A DNA stretch of 63,080 bases, filler included, from Choristocarpus tenellus KU-1152 (GCA_964200185.2; 7 parts of 7 records of this genome joined end to end with filler, not necessarily neighbours in it), one strand, 5' to 3'; positions 39,401 through 52,715 are shown, numbered from the whole stretch's first letter. Made by a program: numbers and translations. The notes: a model not told the origin generated them from the sequence alone.

Positions 39401-42056
39401 ATAGCTGTTGCACTTACAGAGTATCTATATACAATCCCCATCCTTGTCCCGACGTGATACCACTTTCTCTCGCCAATAATGTCAGTTTTGAGGAAAAGGC
39501 CTACTTCGAGAATAACGCCTTCAGTTTCAACGGTGTTTCTGGAGGAGCAGTGTTCAACTGCGATGTCTGCACCACAACGTAAGTTTCGAGGGTGAGTTAT
39601 TATTTTTTACTCTAGAGTAGCGAATATGATATTATGTTAATTTGTTCCCGCTGATGTTTGTGCCATGAGGGTTGGAGGATGCGCTTCTTATACAATGTGT
39701 TCCTAAGTATATGTGAACCATATCCTCTTTCTTCATCTTTTCCTATGCCTCAAAATCGAAATATTACGATTTGAAGTGTCGTTGTCCACATTGTCACCTT
39801 GTCAATTTTAGATATATATGCCGATACTATCTATTTGTTTCCAAATACAACAAAGTAGCGGTGGGAAGACTTGGAAGTGCATTGCTCATCCTTCGGTTTT
39901 TCGCATGCCATGCCTAGCGTGGTATCAGAAAGTCGGCATTTGCCGAGTGATCTTAACCTTCTCTTCCCTCTTCCTTCTGCTTGTTCTTTTCTCTTGAATC
40001 GCACAACGGTCCTTCTTGTTGAAAAAATAAAGCTTCATGAAGAACGCCATTTTTAGAGAGCACGACATTGACGAGGGCGCAGGCGGTGTTGCTAACCGTG
40101 GAACCATGACGTGAGGTCCATTGCAGTCTCGTTTGGTGCCTCTTAGACAAAAGTAGAATGTGGTAGAGGTGCTGATACCATTAAGCGCCCATCCTGCCTC
40201 CTAATCTCTCGAAACGACACGATACTCTCAAGAGTAATATATTGCCTGCCACACTATTTTGTTACTATTTTTTTTTCTCACGAACATATTACGAACATGT
40301 CTCGATTTCCATCAACCATTCTTGGACTTCTTGCCACAACAAAATCATGTGTGCTTGCAGAACAAGTCATATCTGAAATGCTCTCACACATCACACCTCT
40401 CCACTCAAACCAATTGTACAGATTTGAGAAAAATGCCAAGTTCATCTTGAACAATGCCAACGACGGTGCTGGGGGAGGAGCTGTTAACACAGGAGATATG
40501 GTGTGAGTTGAAACAAGGCATGCTTTGAATGTGAACTTCAATATCTACGGAAGTAGGAGAGACTTTGATTTGACTATCGATGTGCCCAATACACTTCCCA
40601 ATGACCTTGCCATCTTCCTTGACTTGTTTAAATGTTTGGCTCACAATGATACAATCTTCAGGTTCAACGGTGACGCCCTCTTCAAGGACAACACAGTGCA
40701 AAATAGTGGTGGCGGTCTCTACAACGATGGTGGTGCCGTGACGTAAGTTCGTTGCTGGTGACTCCAAGTACTGTCTCTTACTTTTCTCTAGCAGTGGTAC
40801 TATTGAACTTCGTGTGTCTTACGTGTTGAGGGACGCAGAGCGATAAAACATCATGATCGAAGGCTATTGGCACCAAGAATGACAAATGCCCAAAGGGTAT
40901 TGTGAGTCACTAGCTTTTTACTCGGAACTCCCCTCTATCAATCATATAGAGCCAATCACGGGTTTATTTCAGTTCTCACCATTTAAGTTTCTCCTCTACA
41001 TATGTTGCGTAGTACTCAACACTCAGCACCTCTCTGCCTCTTAGTTCTTGCCGCAACACACTGTATAATATGCCATACCTCCCTGTTCGTGCTTCTAAAT
41101 TGAAGTTTCAATGCCAGGGCAAAGTTCCTCAGAAACACTGCCGAGGAAGGAAATGGAGGGGGTATCGTAAACATCAATGGAGGTGGGATCACATTTGCGG
41201 GCGGTGTTCCGATATTCACCGACAATGTTGCAACGGTGAGCAGCATCCCATCAAGCTTACACATGTCTTGGCCACGCACATTATGGGACACTTACTCCCA
41301 ACATAACCGAACAGTAAGAGCTGTCAGCTTTTTTGAAAGTGTGACCTTGTCCTGTACTTCAGGAATTTCAAGGATTCTACATTTGTGAATATAATCTGTG
41401 GTCCGAGGTTATCCATGAATCGTGGGAAGGATGGGGGGAAGGGGGGCTTTGTAATGTATATTCTTTGCCTTATTGTGTAGGTAGGGACCTATTAGAGCTA
41501 TATTTTTTGTGACTCTCGCAGATATACTCTTCTATGCTACTGAGATATTACCGATTTGGCAGTGAGTAGTGGACAGGGATATAGTGCAAGCAGGAGAGAG
41601 GGAGCTCCACGGTATTTATCTCTGTAGACCCTGAACATACATAGCAATACGGACTGAGTAGTCGTGCATGACATACATTTATCACCGTTCGATCGTTTTT
41701 CCCTGCACAATGTTCCTGTGGACTACAGTACTGTATAATAACAGCTGGAAGAATATTTTTTGAGTTGGTATTGGTGACTTTTGTGGAAATTGAGTGATGC
41801 CCAAGGATGAGGATCTGGAGTTGGGTGGAGAACTGCAAAGATACTCATTGAGTTGCACATGGCATTATATGGGCCTTGAAATTCCACGTTCACATGCAGT
41901 CAACTCAACACCCATCAGTTCCCCCCCCTCCTTGACTCATATCACCTTCATTGTTTATTGTGTTTCGGATCACAGGCAGGAAATTGTGCAAATATCTACA
42001 ATGAATCGCCTTCTACTGTGACGGGCACTGTCGGTGACATCTGCAACCTCCAGTGA
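36446..42056 (+). CDS. Secreted polymorphic-membrane-protein-like (FxxN/GGA repeat, right-handed beta-helix) protein with a Cys-rich N-terminal module; 12 exons
   Basis: Signal-peptide-like MRAIASFLLVTIYLATTAVI. In-frame GT-AG exons 36446-36510, 36750-37001, 37915-38005, 38660-38781, 39013-39081, 39285-39371, 39486-39578, 40033-40110, 40422-40502, 40662-40742, 41106-41235, 41976-42056 (stop TGA). Repeats include FEEKAYFENN..SGGAVFN, FEKNAKFILNNA..GGGAVN and FNGDALFKDNT...GGGLYN. Confidence 0.85.
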
Positions 42057-43725
42057 CCATACCGAGCCAGGATGAAAATCACAAGCCCAAGATTCTACAT
42101 AGGTGTGGAACCTGTTTCCACATGCTAACAATAGGTATCAGGACATGATTCAATTCATTCTGGAGAGCACTCCCCCATCTGCACCAGTGATCACAATACT
42201 GGAGGTGGATGCCTGTTGTATTACTAGGTGGAGGTTTCCCAAGGCATCAATTCATTGTGACAAATGCATAGACTTGGAGGGACATAATTATGTCCTTTCT
42301 TTTTTTCTGTACATCGGCAGTGGGGTGTAGTCTAAGTTCGTGTTTTGTAGTCGGAATGTATGTAATATGGGACCATGGAATGAGGAGAATGTAACCAATA
42401 TTGCTTTCGTCAGAAGCATTTGGAGTACTCCATCTTTCATATTTGGACGTACATCTTGCTTGCATTTAGAGGCACCTAAACTGCCTTCCAATCTGTTCTG
42501 GTTTTATGTGGCTACATTCGTTTTCTCTGTTTCCTTCATTTTAGTGCATATATGCGTGTTTCATGTACGTACATTGCGTAGTATTTTGGTATTTTTGTAC
42601 TACATTCCTGCTTGTTGGAAAATTGAAATATGTATCTAGAAATGGGTAGATGGCAAACTGCTACCACTTTCTGTGTTTGCGTTTGGTCTGATAAAGTCCC
42701 AAAACCACAAAAATACGCCTTTATTACCCTGAATACCTGCCATTAAGCTACTTACTGGGATTGCCTGCTTCCCAGAGCTACGACCTCAAATCTTCTTGCC
42801 CCGCAACATATAGCAGCATGTTCCCATTACAAGGTAGTAGTGAATTAGCGTGTTCTCTGCTCTGTGAGTATGTCTTCAATACTGAATTGGAGCATTCTGC
42901 AAGCTAGCATACAACAAGTGCACACACACATGACAGGCAAGCAGACATAATAGGGGCAGCAAGTAGGCATAAAATGCATGTTCAGTTTTGCCGAACGGAT
43001 TTTTCTGCTATTTCCACTTTTTTTGTTTCAATCTCTGAAGTATTTTTCCCCTAGATTATAGGATTTGCTCAACAAGTTCAACTCCTTCAAGAGGTCCAAC
43101 TGTGGTTTTAATACTTCTTCGCCAGCTATATTGCCAACTTAGTTGGTGAGACCTACTTGCTAGACTGTGGGAAGATGAGTTAGATCGAGGTCAATTAGTC
43201 TGGGATCCACTATGATAAATACGTGAAGGGGATGGAGCACTAAAAAGTTGAATAGATTTGAGCCAAATCGATGGAGAGCTAGGCAGGTTTGAACCCTCTT
43301 GCATTCCAATTTTGCATTCCAAGCCATCACTCCTACCCTGTGCAAGATGCTCTATTCTATTGCTTTATGTGCACAATTGTGTAAACAAAATGGATATTCT
43401 CCTCGACGCACACAAAGTGAAACCACAGTTCAGCAAAGGCTCTTCCTGCAAAGTGGACAAAATAGCATATTTTTGCCTCTCCTGCTGGGATCCTTAAAAT
43501 GCAACCCTGTACATCTTTCGGTTGGTTTTGACTCTTTGTTCAATTTATCACCCAATCACCTCCTATTAGAAACGGGATAGAGCACTGCTTCTTACTTTTT
43601 TTGCGTGATTTGAGAGTGATACTTGAAAACAAATTGTTCTAGAAATGCCTTGTTGGTGAACCCTATTTCGCAGGATTGTAACCAGCGAGATTCCTTCTTC
43701 AGTCTCCAGAATTATTGTTGACTCA

Positions 43726-43980
43726 GAGCCAAAGTATCTTAGAGGGTAGGGCCGCGTCCATTTGGGGACCAAAATCCAATGTTGCGATTTTGATGTAATT
43801 TTGGCTATAGTGTTTGTTAGGAAGTGTCAATATCCTTGTTTTGGAATAACCTTTCTATAACGCATACATTCCCTACTCCGAAACATTCTGGAGTAGGAAA
43901 ATGTCATAAAAAGAAACGTGGGAAGCCAAGCACCAAAATGGACAAATAGGGCAAAAGTACCCTCTAAGATACGTTCACTC
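43726..43980 (-). mobile_element. MITE family 1 copy
   Basis: GAGCCAAAGTATCTTAGAGGGTA...TACCCTCTAAGATACGTTCACTC. Confidence 0.9.
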
Positions 43981-45936
43981 ACACTTTGAAATACCTGTTT
44001 CAGACCAAACACATCTATCAAGTTCTTATTCCTGATTATATGGGGTGATGTTTGCTTCAAGGGAGATGTACAAGACGACGGTGACCTGATGAGTAGCGTT
44101 ACATCAACAGAATAATGCAGAATAGATACCCTGTAGCAAGTTCATATGGGGCATTTATGAAACCGCTGTATGGGACTTGCACTCTGCAGCAGAATTGAAG
44201 AGCTATCATTTTGGGGTACTTGTGTTTGTTTGCACCCTTGACACACGGGGCAGGCTACTATTGTATTCCTCAGGGATACTTGGCTTGGTTGGCGCTCGGT
44301 ACCCTTGGCAACCAATATATGTAGCGGTCTGGGACTTTATGCCCACTCTCTGCAATCATTGTTCCCAGTGCAATGAGGCAGCGGGAAAGTGGGATTTTGA
44401 AAGTAATCGTCCCAACCTATCAAGCTAAATGAACGCCTGTATCTATAGGCTCTGTGTGTAACACTGACATTTTGACCTTGAAATATACTATTTGGGAAAT
44501 TCTACACAAAAATGGAGGCGTAACAGGCCAGGGCCCTGCTAGACAGCATGGAAAGGAATCACATTATGGGTTCTTAATCCCCTCAAAGATTTATAGGGAA
44601 AAGGTATTGGATCATGTGCAGATTTAGACTGCTGTTTGTGTCAGTATAGACGAAGAGAAAAGGAGATGGGAGCCTCACACGATTCCCCTGTCCTTAATGT
44701 GATATTATTTTAGATGGTCGGACTTGGTTTAGCACCTGTTGTTTCTAGAAGGAACTACTAAAACTGAACACTTGCATCGCTTCTAGAAACCTTCCTCAAG
44801 ATATAGAAAAATATCTCGAACATATGGACATCAAAACCCCAAATTATTTGTTTCTTGCTAAGATGTGAACCATGAACTCGACTGTTTTCGTTTACATATT
44901 ACTATAACTCATCGTCATTCTGTACAATTTACATGTAGAAGGGAAGGGGGCGATCTGACGATAGTTGAGAATATCCAACTGGTTTGCGTTTAGTTATTGG
45001 TGATAATATTTATAGTAGAACTATCCTGACCGATAATCAGAGGCACTACACACCGCATTGCTTCGGGTGCATTCTATTGTTACTAATTGTTGCACTATGA
45101 CCAATCTTACTGCCTCTTTTCATGCCCTGCTCTTCGCGTGTTGATTCTACCATCCCACCAGTCGTCTTTCGGCCTTCATCCTCAAATCTTGTATTGGATC
45201 ACATTTTCCGTATCACATTTTCCATTTATGTTATAGTGTTGGCAGTCACCTCTATCTAGGATGAGACAGTCCCGAATTTTTTAATAGATTGCCCAACGAG
45301 TTAAACGATGATGAGCATATCGAATGAAAGCCCCTCCTTGTTCATCTCCCTGGTGACTCCAGCTTAAGACGCATGGCACGTCTAGACAGGGCCACTTAGC
45401 AGTCGATTTCAAAAATTGAGGATGGAGCTTTTCATTGAGCATGGGCTTGACCCAAAATTGACTGGGATAAAGTGTCGATATGTTTTTTTTTGTATTGGAC
45501 TTGCGTTGTTACCAAGACTATTTGTCGTAGGCGGGATTTGACCGCCCCTTTCCTCCCATAGCCTCCAGTTCCTCTCCCCCCTACCGCATACGCAGGTAGC
45601 TGATCCTGGAAGCATTCCGCTTCCTTGTCGAGGTACCTAAAACTTTCTGCCGCGAAGGTGTTGAGGTTAAAACTACTAGTGGGTGGGCTTTCGCACCTTA
45701 GCTGCAACGGGACCTACACAATTATTGTAGTACCAATTAGTACAAAAATATTATTATTATTGTTACAATTGTTTTTACTTTTGTTGGTGTGTGTTACAGA
45801 TACTGTAAAGGATTGTGAAAAGGAATTTATACCAAACCCTGGTTCAATTTCCCTCCAGTGGCGCAAGAGCAATTGTTGTTTTGGTTTGTGACATTTTGGA
45901 TGTGACCCCGAAACACCCGATGCAGGAAGGATCACC

Positions 45937-48684
45937 ATGCTATTCAAGGGTGGACGCGCCCACAGCCATGCCAAGTCTACTGGTTTGGCCTTCGCCTTAA
46001 GTCTTATAGATGCTTATGGTTACTGGCGATGCCAGCTGTCGAAACAGTATTATCGGTTAAGCGTCAAATGCTCGGAGACAAGACCTGGAATGGATGGGGG
46101 GGAACGGTTAGGGACTGGAGCACTGCGGGATCGCTACTTCATACGGCAACCCTCAAATAAGTTCGTCAAAGATATGCGGGGAAGGAAAACGAAAAGAGAC
46201 TGGCATGGAGCTATAAGTGCCCTGGATAAAGCAAAGACAAGCGGCACTCCTGTCGACATTTCCATGTACACCAGCTGCATTGCCGTGTTGCTCACTTGCA
46301 AGAAGTGGACTCTTGCTCTCTCACTGCTTAACCAAATGCAAGATGAAGGCATTGCTCCCAGTGTGATTACTTATAACCAGGTCATGGTAGCTTGCCAGGA
46401 GCGGGGACAGTGGGAACTTACTCTGTTACTACTGGATGGGATGCGGGCCAAGGAGGTTGCGTTGAATGCCCACATCTACAACATGGCTATCAAAGCCTGT
46501 GGAGATGGGGATCAATGGAAACGTGCTCTGTCACTGCTGGAAGAAATGGAGCACGAAGGAGTTGCGCCAAATGCCTACACGTATACCACAGCCTTGAAGG
46601 CCTGTGGGGATGCAGGCCAGTTAGAACATGCTCTTTTGCTGTTTGATGAGATGAAGTTCAAGGGAATTGTCCCAAATGCCCATACTTACACTACAGCTAT
46701 GAAGGCCTGCTTAGATGGAGGACAATGGGAACGTGCTCTGTTGCTGATAGATGAAATGAAGGGCAAGGGGATTGCCCTTGACACTATATCCTACAGCGTG
46801 GCGATCAAGGCATGTGGTGATGGGGGCCAATGGGAACGTGCTCTTTCGCTGCTGGACGAAATGGAGGGCAAAGGGGTTGCTCCATACCGCTACATCTACA
46901 CCACGGCCATAAAGTCCTGTGTAGATGGAAACCAGTGGAAACATGCTCTGTCGCTGCTAGATAAGATGAAGTCTATGGAAGTTGCCCCAAATGCCCACAT
47001 CTACCACATGATCTTGAAGATTTGTTTGAATGCTGGACAATGGGAGCGTGCCCTGTTGCTACTGAACGAAATGCGGACCAAGGGTGTTGCCCCTGATATT
47101 GTATCCTACAATGTGGCCATCAAGGCCTGTGGAGAAGGAGGCCAGTGGGAAAAAGCTCTGTTGCTTCTGAGTGAAATCGAGGTCAAGGGGGTTGCCCCAG
47201 ATACCTACACTTACACCACTGTCATGAAGGCCTGTGGAGATGGAGATCAGTGGGAACGTGCTCTTTTCCTGCTGGATGAAATGCAGGTCAAGGGTGTTGC
47301 TCCTAATATCATGACCTATGATGTGGCCATGAGGGCTTGTCGAGGAGGGGGACAATGGGAACGTGCTTTGTCATTGCTAAATGAGATGCAGTCCAAGGGG
47401 GCTGCCCCCAAATCTTACACCTATACCATGGCGATGAAGGCCTGCTCAGATGCAGGGCAATGGGAACACACTCTGTCACTGCTGGATAGTATGGTGTCTA
47501 AGGGAGTTACCCCAAATGCCCACACCTACCACACAGCCCTGAAGGCCTGCTTGGAAGGCGGGAAGTGGGAACATGCTCTGTTGTTGCTGATTGAAATGCA
47601 GTCCAAGGGTTTCCCCCCAAATATTGTATCATACAATGTGGCCATCAAGGCCTGCGGAGATGGGGGACAGTGGGAGCGTGCTCTACTGCTCCTTGATGAA
47701 ATAGTGGAGAAGGGGGTTGCTCCAGATGCCTACACCTACACCTTGATTATTAAGGCCTGTGGAGATGCAGACCAGTGGGAACGTGCTTTATTGCTGCTCA
47801 ATGAAATGCAGACCAAGGGGATTGACCCTAATATTGTGACCTATAATGTGGTCATTAAGGCTTGTGCAGATGGGGGGCAATGGGAACACGCTCTGTCGTT
47901 GCTAGATACAATGCAGGCCAAGGGGATTGCCCCGGATGCCTACACCTACACCATAATTTCAAAATCTTGCTTGGATGCAGGGCAATGGGAACGTGCTCTG
48001 CTCCTGATGGATGAAATGCAGGTGAAGGGGATCAACCCAGATGCCTACACCTACACCACAGTCATGAAGGCTTGTGCAGATGGAGGCCAGTGGGAACGTG
48101 CTCTGTCACTGTTGGATGAGATGCATGCCAATGGGATTTCCCCCAATATTGTAACCTACAATGTAGCCATCAAGGCTTGTGGAGATGGGGGGCAATGGGA
48201 ACGTGCTCTGTTGCTGCTAGATGAGATGCTGTCTAAAAGGCTTGCCCTAAATGCTTTTACCTATACCACAACCATGAAGGCCTGCTCGGATGCAGGGCAA
48301 TGGGAACGTGCTCTAATGCTGATGGGTGAAATGAAGACCAAGAGGGTTGCCCCTGATACTATATCCTACAGTGTGGCCATCAAGGCCTGTAGAGATGGGG
48401 ACCAGTGGGATCGTGCTGTGTCACTGCTGCATGAAATGGAGGACAAAGGGATTGCGTCAAATAGCTATATCTACACCACGGCCATGAAGGCCTGTGCAGA
48501 TGGGAGGCAGTGGGAACGTGTTCTGTCACTGCTGGATAGGATGAAGTTAAAAGGGGTCGCCCCAAATGCCTACACCTACAACACAGCCTTGAAGGCCTAC
48601 AGAAATGTTGGGCAGTCAGAACGTGCTGTGCTGCTGCTGGGTGAAATGCAGGCCCAGGGGATTACCCCCGATTCCTACTCTTAA
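45937..48684 (+). CDS. P-class pentatricopeptide repeat (PPR) protein, 23 tandem 35-aa repeats, single exon
   Basis: 915-aa ORF; repeat consensus AYTYTTAMKACGDGGQWERALLLLDEMxxKGVAPN/D. N-terminal extension may be a targeting peptide; true start uncertain. Confidence 0.95.
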   Translation: MLFKGGRAHSHAKSTGLAFALSLIDAYGYWRCQLSKQYYRLSVKCSETRPGMDGGERLGTGALRDRYFIRQPSNKFVKDMRGRKTKRDWHGAISALDKAKTSGTPVDISMYTSCIAVLLTCKKWTLALSLLNQMQDEGIAPSVITYNQVMVACQERGQWELTLLLLDGMRAKEVALNAHIYNMAIKACGDGDQWKRALSLLEEMEHEGVAPNAYTYTTALKACGDAGQLEHALLLFDEMKFKGIVPNAHTYTTAMKACLDGGQWERALLLIDEMKGKGIALDTISYSVAIKACGDGGQWERALSLLDEMEGKGVAPYRYIYTTAIKSCVDGNQWKHALSLLDKMKSMEVAPNAHIYHMILKICLNAGQWERALLLLNEMRTKGVAPDIVSYNVAIKACGEGGQWEKALLLLSEIEVKGVAPDTYTYTTVMKACGDGDQWERALFLLDEMQVKGVAPNIMTYDVAMRACRGGGQWERALSLLNEMQSKGAAPKSYTYTMAMKACSDAGQWEHTLSLLDSMVSKGVTPNAHTYHTALKACLEGGKWEHALLLLIEMQSKGFPPNIVSYNVAIKACGDGGQWERALLLLDEIVEKGVAPDAYTYTLIIKACGDADQWERALLLLNEMQTKGIDPNIVTYNVVIKACADGGQWEHALSLLDTMQAKGIAPDAYTYTIISKSCLDAGQWERALLLMDEMQVKGINPDAYTYTTVMKACADGGQWERALSLLDEMHANGISPNIVTYNVAIKACGDGGQWERALLLLDEMLSKRLALNAFTYTTTMKACSDAGQWERALMLMGEMKTKRVAPDTISYSVAIKACRDGDQWDRAVSLLHEMEDKGIASNSYIYTTAMKACADGRQWERVLSLLDRMKLKGVAPNAYTYNTALKAYRNVGQSERAVLLLGEMQAQGITPDSYS

Positions 48685-51638
48685 GTTGTGACCATGGGGA
48701 TCTATGGAGGAGTTTGTGTACTGAACTACCCTCCCCTGAATCACAACATGGAGACTTTCAACCTGTGAGATGTGTGGAAATGATAGATTTTTTGGTGCAC
48801 TCCCTTTGTGTATTGATGAGTTTTTGGTATATTTGTAGGAGGTTCAATCCATGGACTTTTTTTGTACAATTTCTCATTGGAGGTAGTTCACTCCTTAGAG
48901 CATGTTGTATTATTGTTTGTGCATGAGTCTTTTCTTAGTCACCGGGCAATTGGTGGGGGTGTAGAGCAGTGAGACTACAAAATTGTCTTCATTGAGTTCA
49001 AGTGTTCCTGATGTGTTACATGAGAGTGGTGCCGTATCAACAGCGTTCTCGAGTTCCTGAGCTTCTATTTTTGAATATTTAATATCAGCTAGGTGTGGAA
49101 ATTGGTCCTTAGCATTACGTCTCCCCATGTGAAGTGGTTTTCCACATCGACTTGACTAGCATCATTTTGTGAGATGCGAATTGTTTTGGTTCATCTTGCT
49201 GGTAATTGTGAAATTCAAAATACAAACTCATTACAACTCTACTACAGAGTTCCGCAGTCTCTCATTTCTCACCCCTTTAGCCATTGGTTGCCAACGTCTC
49301 CATGTAGTCAACTCATGAATAGTTGATTAATGATACTGTTTTGGTTGGCACTTCAGACATAGAGAGGGCCAATATGCTCCACTGTCATGCTCCACTCCTT
49401 ACCTTCACATGCTTACTCAGAATACTCATATCTTGAGGAATGAACCACTTAACTCTCTTGCCCCCTGTCAACATGGTCACCAGTGTCTATGTATTGCCAG
49501 TGTTCACTCAGTAATACAGAGAACCACCCAATGCCCAGCCCTTCGGATAGACTGTAGAGAGGGCATTCTGGAGGTAAGCATTGTGGAGGTGGACCAGCAC
49601 AGAAAAGGGTTGATTGAGTTGGGAAAGATGGTACATTGATTGTTGCACACATGCACAAAAAATGGAAGTGGACAGGGTAAACTTTGCGACCTGTGATGTA
49701 ATCACGTTGTGTGCATCGATTTTGGAATATTTTGTTTGCATTTTAGATCCCAAAGCAAGGTTGACAGTACAAGAGATGAACGAGTTGGGTGTCAATCAGA
49801 TAGACCAAAGTAGAAGGAGTCCAGGAGATTGATCTTCTTCTAGTCAGATACACAAATATATTCAGCAGACACGGGTGACAAGTGCAAGGGAGGTTTTTTT
49901 TCTTGCTCTAGGGATTTATATATTGGAGCAAGGATGACAGAATGAGGAGGGTGGGAGATGCTGCAGCAGCAAGAAAGGCACAATCTATTCTATCAAAATA
50001 TGACGAAACGATATTATTTCCTCTGAAAGATTTGATCAATTTCTTTTGAGACAAAGAGACATAAGAACTTTTTTGTTTCCAGACAGGCAGGTATCTTTTG
50101 ACCCTACCAGAAGGTACATGCCCCCTGGCTGTTAGCTAGTTCCGGATGTTGCTCAGGAAGATATCAGCTTCTTCGGGTAATTGTTGATGGTTGTCTAGGG
50201 CTAGTTAGGGAATTGATGTAGCTGACAGACCAAGTCCTCTGGAGCGGTTTTAGGAGCCAGCTTTGTTGCGCTTCTTGCTCAATAGTTCAGAAGGGTCTTG
50301 AAGAATTATTCCAAGGTACGTCTGAGAAAATAGATTGTATGCCCCAACTGATGGCGTTGCTGGATATCTTGTCAACTCCACCCTTGAAAATTTTGCAAGG
50401 ATTTTGCAAGGATTGTAAAACATGTGCCATATTGGATAAAAATATAATCGGAGTAGATGAAGTAGAGGGTAAATCCGTTGGGTTAATAGAGTAGAGCACC
50501 ACAATGTTTGATACCCTACAAGCTTTGGACTTTATGGCTTTCATCCCATCAACAATGCAAGGTACAAAATGGGCGAAAGCAATCATCGATGATCACTAAA
50601 AGAAATCTTAAACATTGAATAAACAGATAAGTCAAAAAAATATTTGGCAGGTTCCTATCGAAAAAGGTATGACCCCAAAAACCTGAACGAAGTCAACAAT
50701 ATTCACATAACAATAGCATTTGCATGGTGCCTGTGGCTTGTGTCATTTACGGAATTATTTATTATTATGCCCTCTGACATTTTGCAGATGTGTCAGGGGA
50801 GAAACCAATGAAAACTATATATATGCATGTCGTTATTATTAGCCCTAAAGAAATAAAATATCCTAAACATAAGAACACTATAAAACACTGTAAGTAAGTG
50901 TGGAAACCACTAATCAGTTACTTCACCACTATCAAATATTGTACTACTGTCTTCCTTATCTTCCCATCTACCTACTCCTGTGCCCCCGGGGGGGGNNNNN
51001 NNNNNNNNNNNNNNNNNNNNNNNNNNNNNNNNNNNNNNNTTAATTAATTAANNNNNNNNNNNNNNNNNNNNNNNNNNNNNNNNNNNNNNNNNNNNCACCT
51101 TGAAGGATCCGACACCAGAGGAAGAGTGGCGCTACTGCAAAGGCCAAAAGGTTCCTCCCGGACAGACAATCGTGACAAAGGTAGGCACACTCCACATGAC
51201 GATCCCCCCCACTTACAAAGATCAGCCTCTGTTTGCCACTCGCGACAACCCCAACCCGTACGCCCTTTGCCCACCTATACACCAAACACGCAAAATATAC
51301 CGTTCAAAATTGTGTCACATATCCGTGACTCCCTTCACATCGACATGACGCGCAGCATCAGAATCACACATACGCACTTCTCAATTGACCGCATAGACAG
51401 TCTGTGCACACTTACAACCATCACCGCCTATTTCGCATACGTCTGCCAACCGGCAAACTCGCGCAAAAACCCTAAGTTATTATTTTCTTTCCGATATCAA
51501 CGTCTGTCATGTACATAATTCTAACGCTACAAGAATAGGTAGCACATATACTACATGCATGCCCCCCCCCACTCACAATAATCGGCCTCTGTTTGCCACT
51601 GGCGACAACCCTAACCCGTACACACCATGTCCACCAAT

Positions 51639-51897
51639 GAGTAAAAGTATCTTAGAGGGTACGAGATTTGCCCTGTTTGTCCATTTGGGGCTTGGCTTCC
51701 CTCGGAATTTTTTATGACATTTTCCTACTCAAAGATATTTCGGAGTAGGTAGAATGTATACATTATGAAAAGGTGTGTCCGGAACAAGGATATTGACACT
51801 TCTTGACAAATAAGATACCCAAAATTACATCAAATTCGCAACATTGGATTTTGGCCCCCAAATAGACACTGCTCTACCCTCTAAGATACTTTGGCTC
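51639..51897 (+). mobile_element. MITE family 1 copy, TSD CAAT
   Basis: GAG...CTC termini, CAAT on both flanks, inserted in a tandem-repeat unit whose sister unit lacks it. Confidence 0.93.
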
Positions 51898-52466
51898 CAA
51901 TGCACTAAACACGCCACAGAAATCATTGCAAATTGTGTCACATCCGTGCCTTCCCTTCACGTCGACACCGCACGTAACGTGCTAATCGCACATATGCACT
52001 TCTCAATCGACCGCACACCATCCGTGCACACTTGCAATCATCGCCCTCTATTTTGCATAAGCCTGCCAACCAACAAACTAACCCAAATCTCTAGGTTATT
52101 GCTTTCTTCCCCATATGAACGTCTGTCATTTACCAAACAATTGTTACAGGAACAGGTAGCACATATACAATGTGCACAATCCCTCCCACTCACAATAATC
52201 GGCCTCTACTTGCCACTAGTGACAGACTGCCCCCTCCCACCCCTTGCTAACCTATACACTAAACACGCAATAGATATTGTTGACCATTATGTCACATCCA
52301 TGCCTTCCCTTCACATCGACACCATGAGCGACATGATAATCGCACATACGCACTTCTTAATCGACCGCACACCGTCCGTGCACACTTGCAATCATCTCGC
52401 CCTCTATTTTTCAGAAGTCTGCCAAGCATCAAACTAACCCAAAACTCTAAGTCATTGTATTCCTCA

Positions 52467-52715
52467 GAGTGAAAGTATCTTAGAGGGTACGACTTTTGCC
52501 CTGTATGTCCATTTGGGGCTTGGCTTCCCTCGGGGTTTTTATGACATTTTCCTATTACAAGATATTTCTTAGTAGGTAAAACGTATGCGTTATGAAAATG
52601 TGAGTTCAGAACAAGGATTTTGATACTTCCTAACAAACACAATAACCAATATTACTTCAATATCGCAACATTGGATTTTGGCCCCCAAATGGACGCGGCT
52701 CTACCCTCTCTAAGA
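52467..52715 (+). mobile_element. MITE family 1 copy, 3' end damaged
   Basis: 5' TIR intact, internal sequence matches the family. Confidence 0.88.

Noticed and set aside
46400-48660. Regular 105-bp periodic DNA repeat resembling a CRISPR-like array
   Set aside because: Fully explained by the 35-aa PPR coding repeats; no unique spacers
48900-50700. Possible decayed retroelement on the minus strand
   Set aside because: No diagnostic RT or integrase motif could be read with confidence
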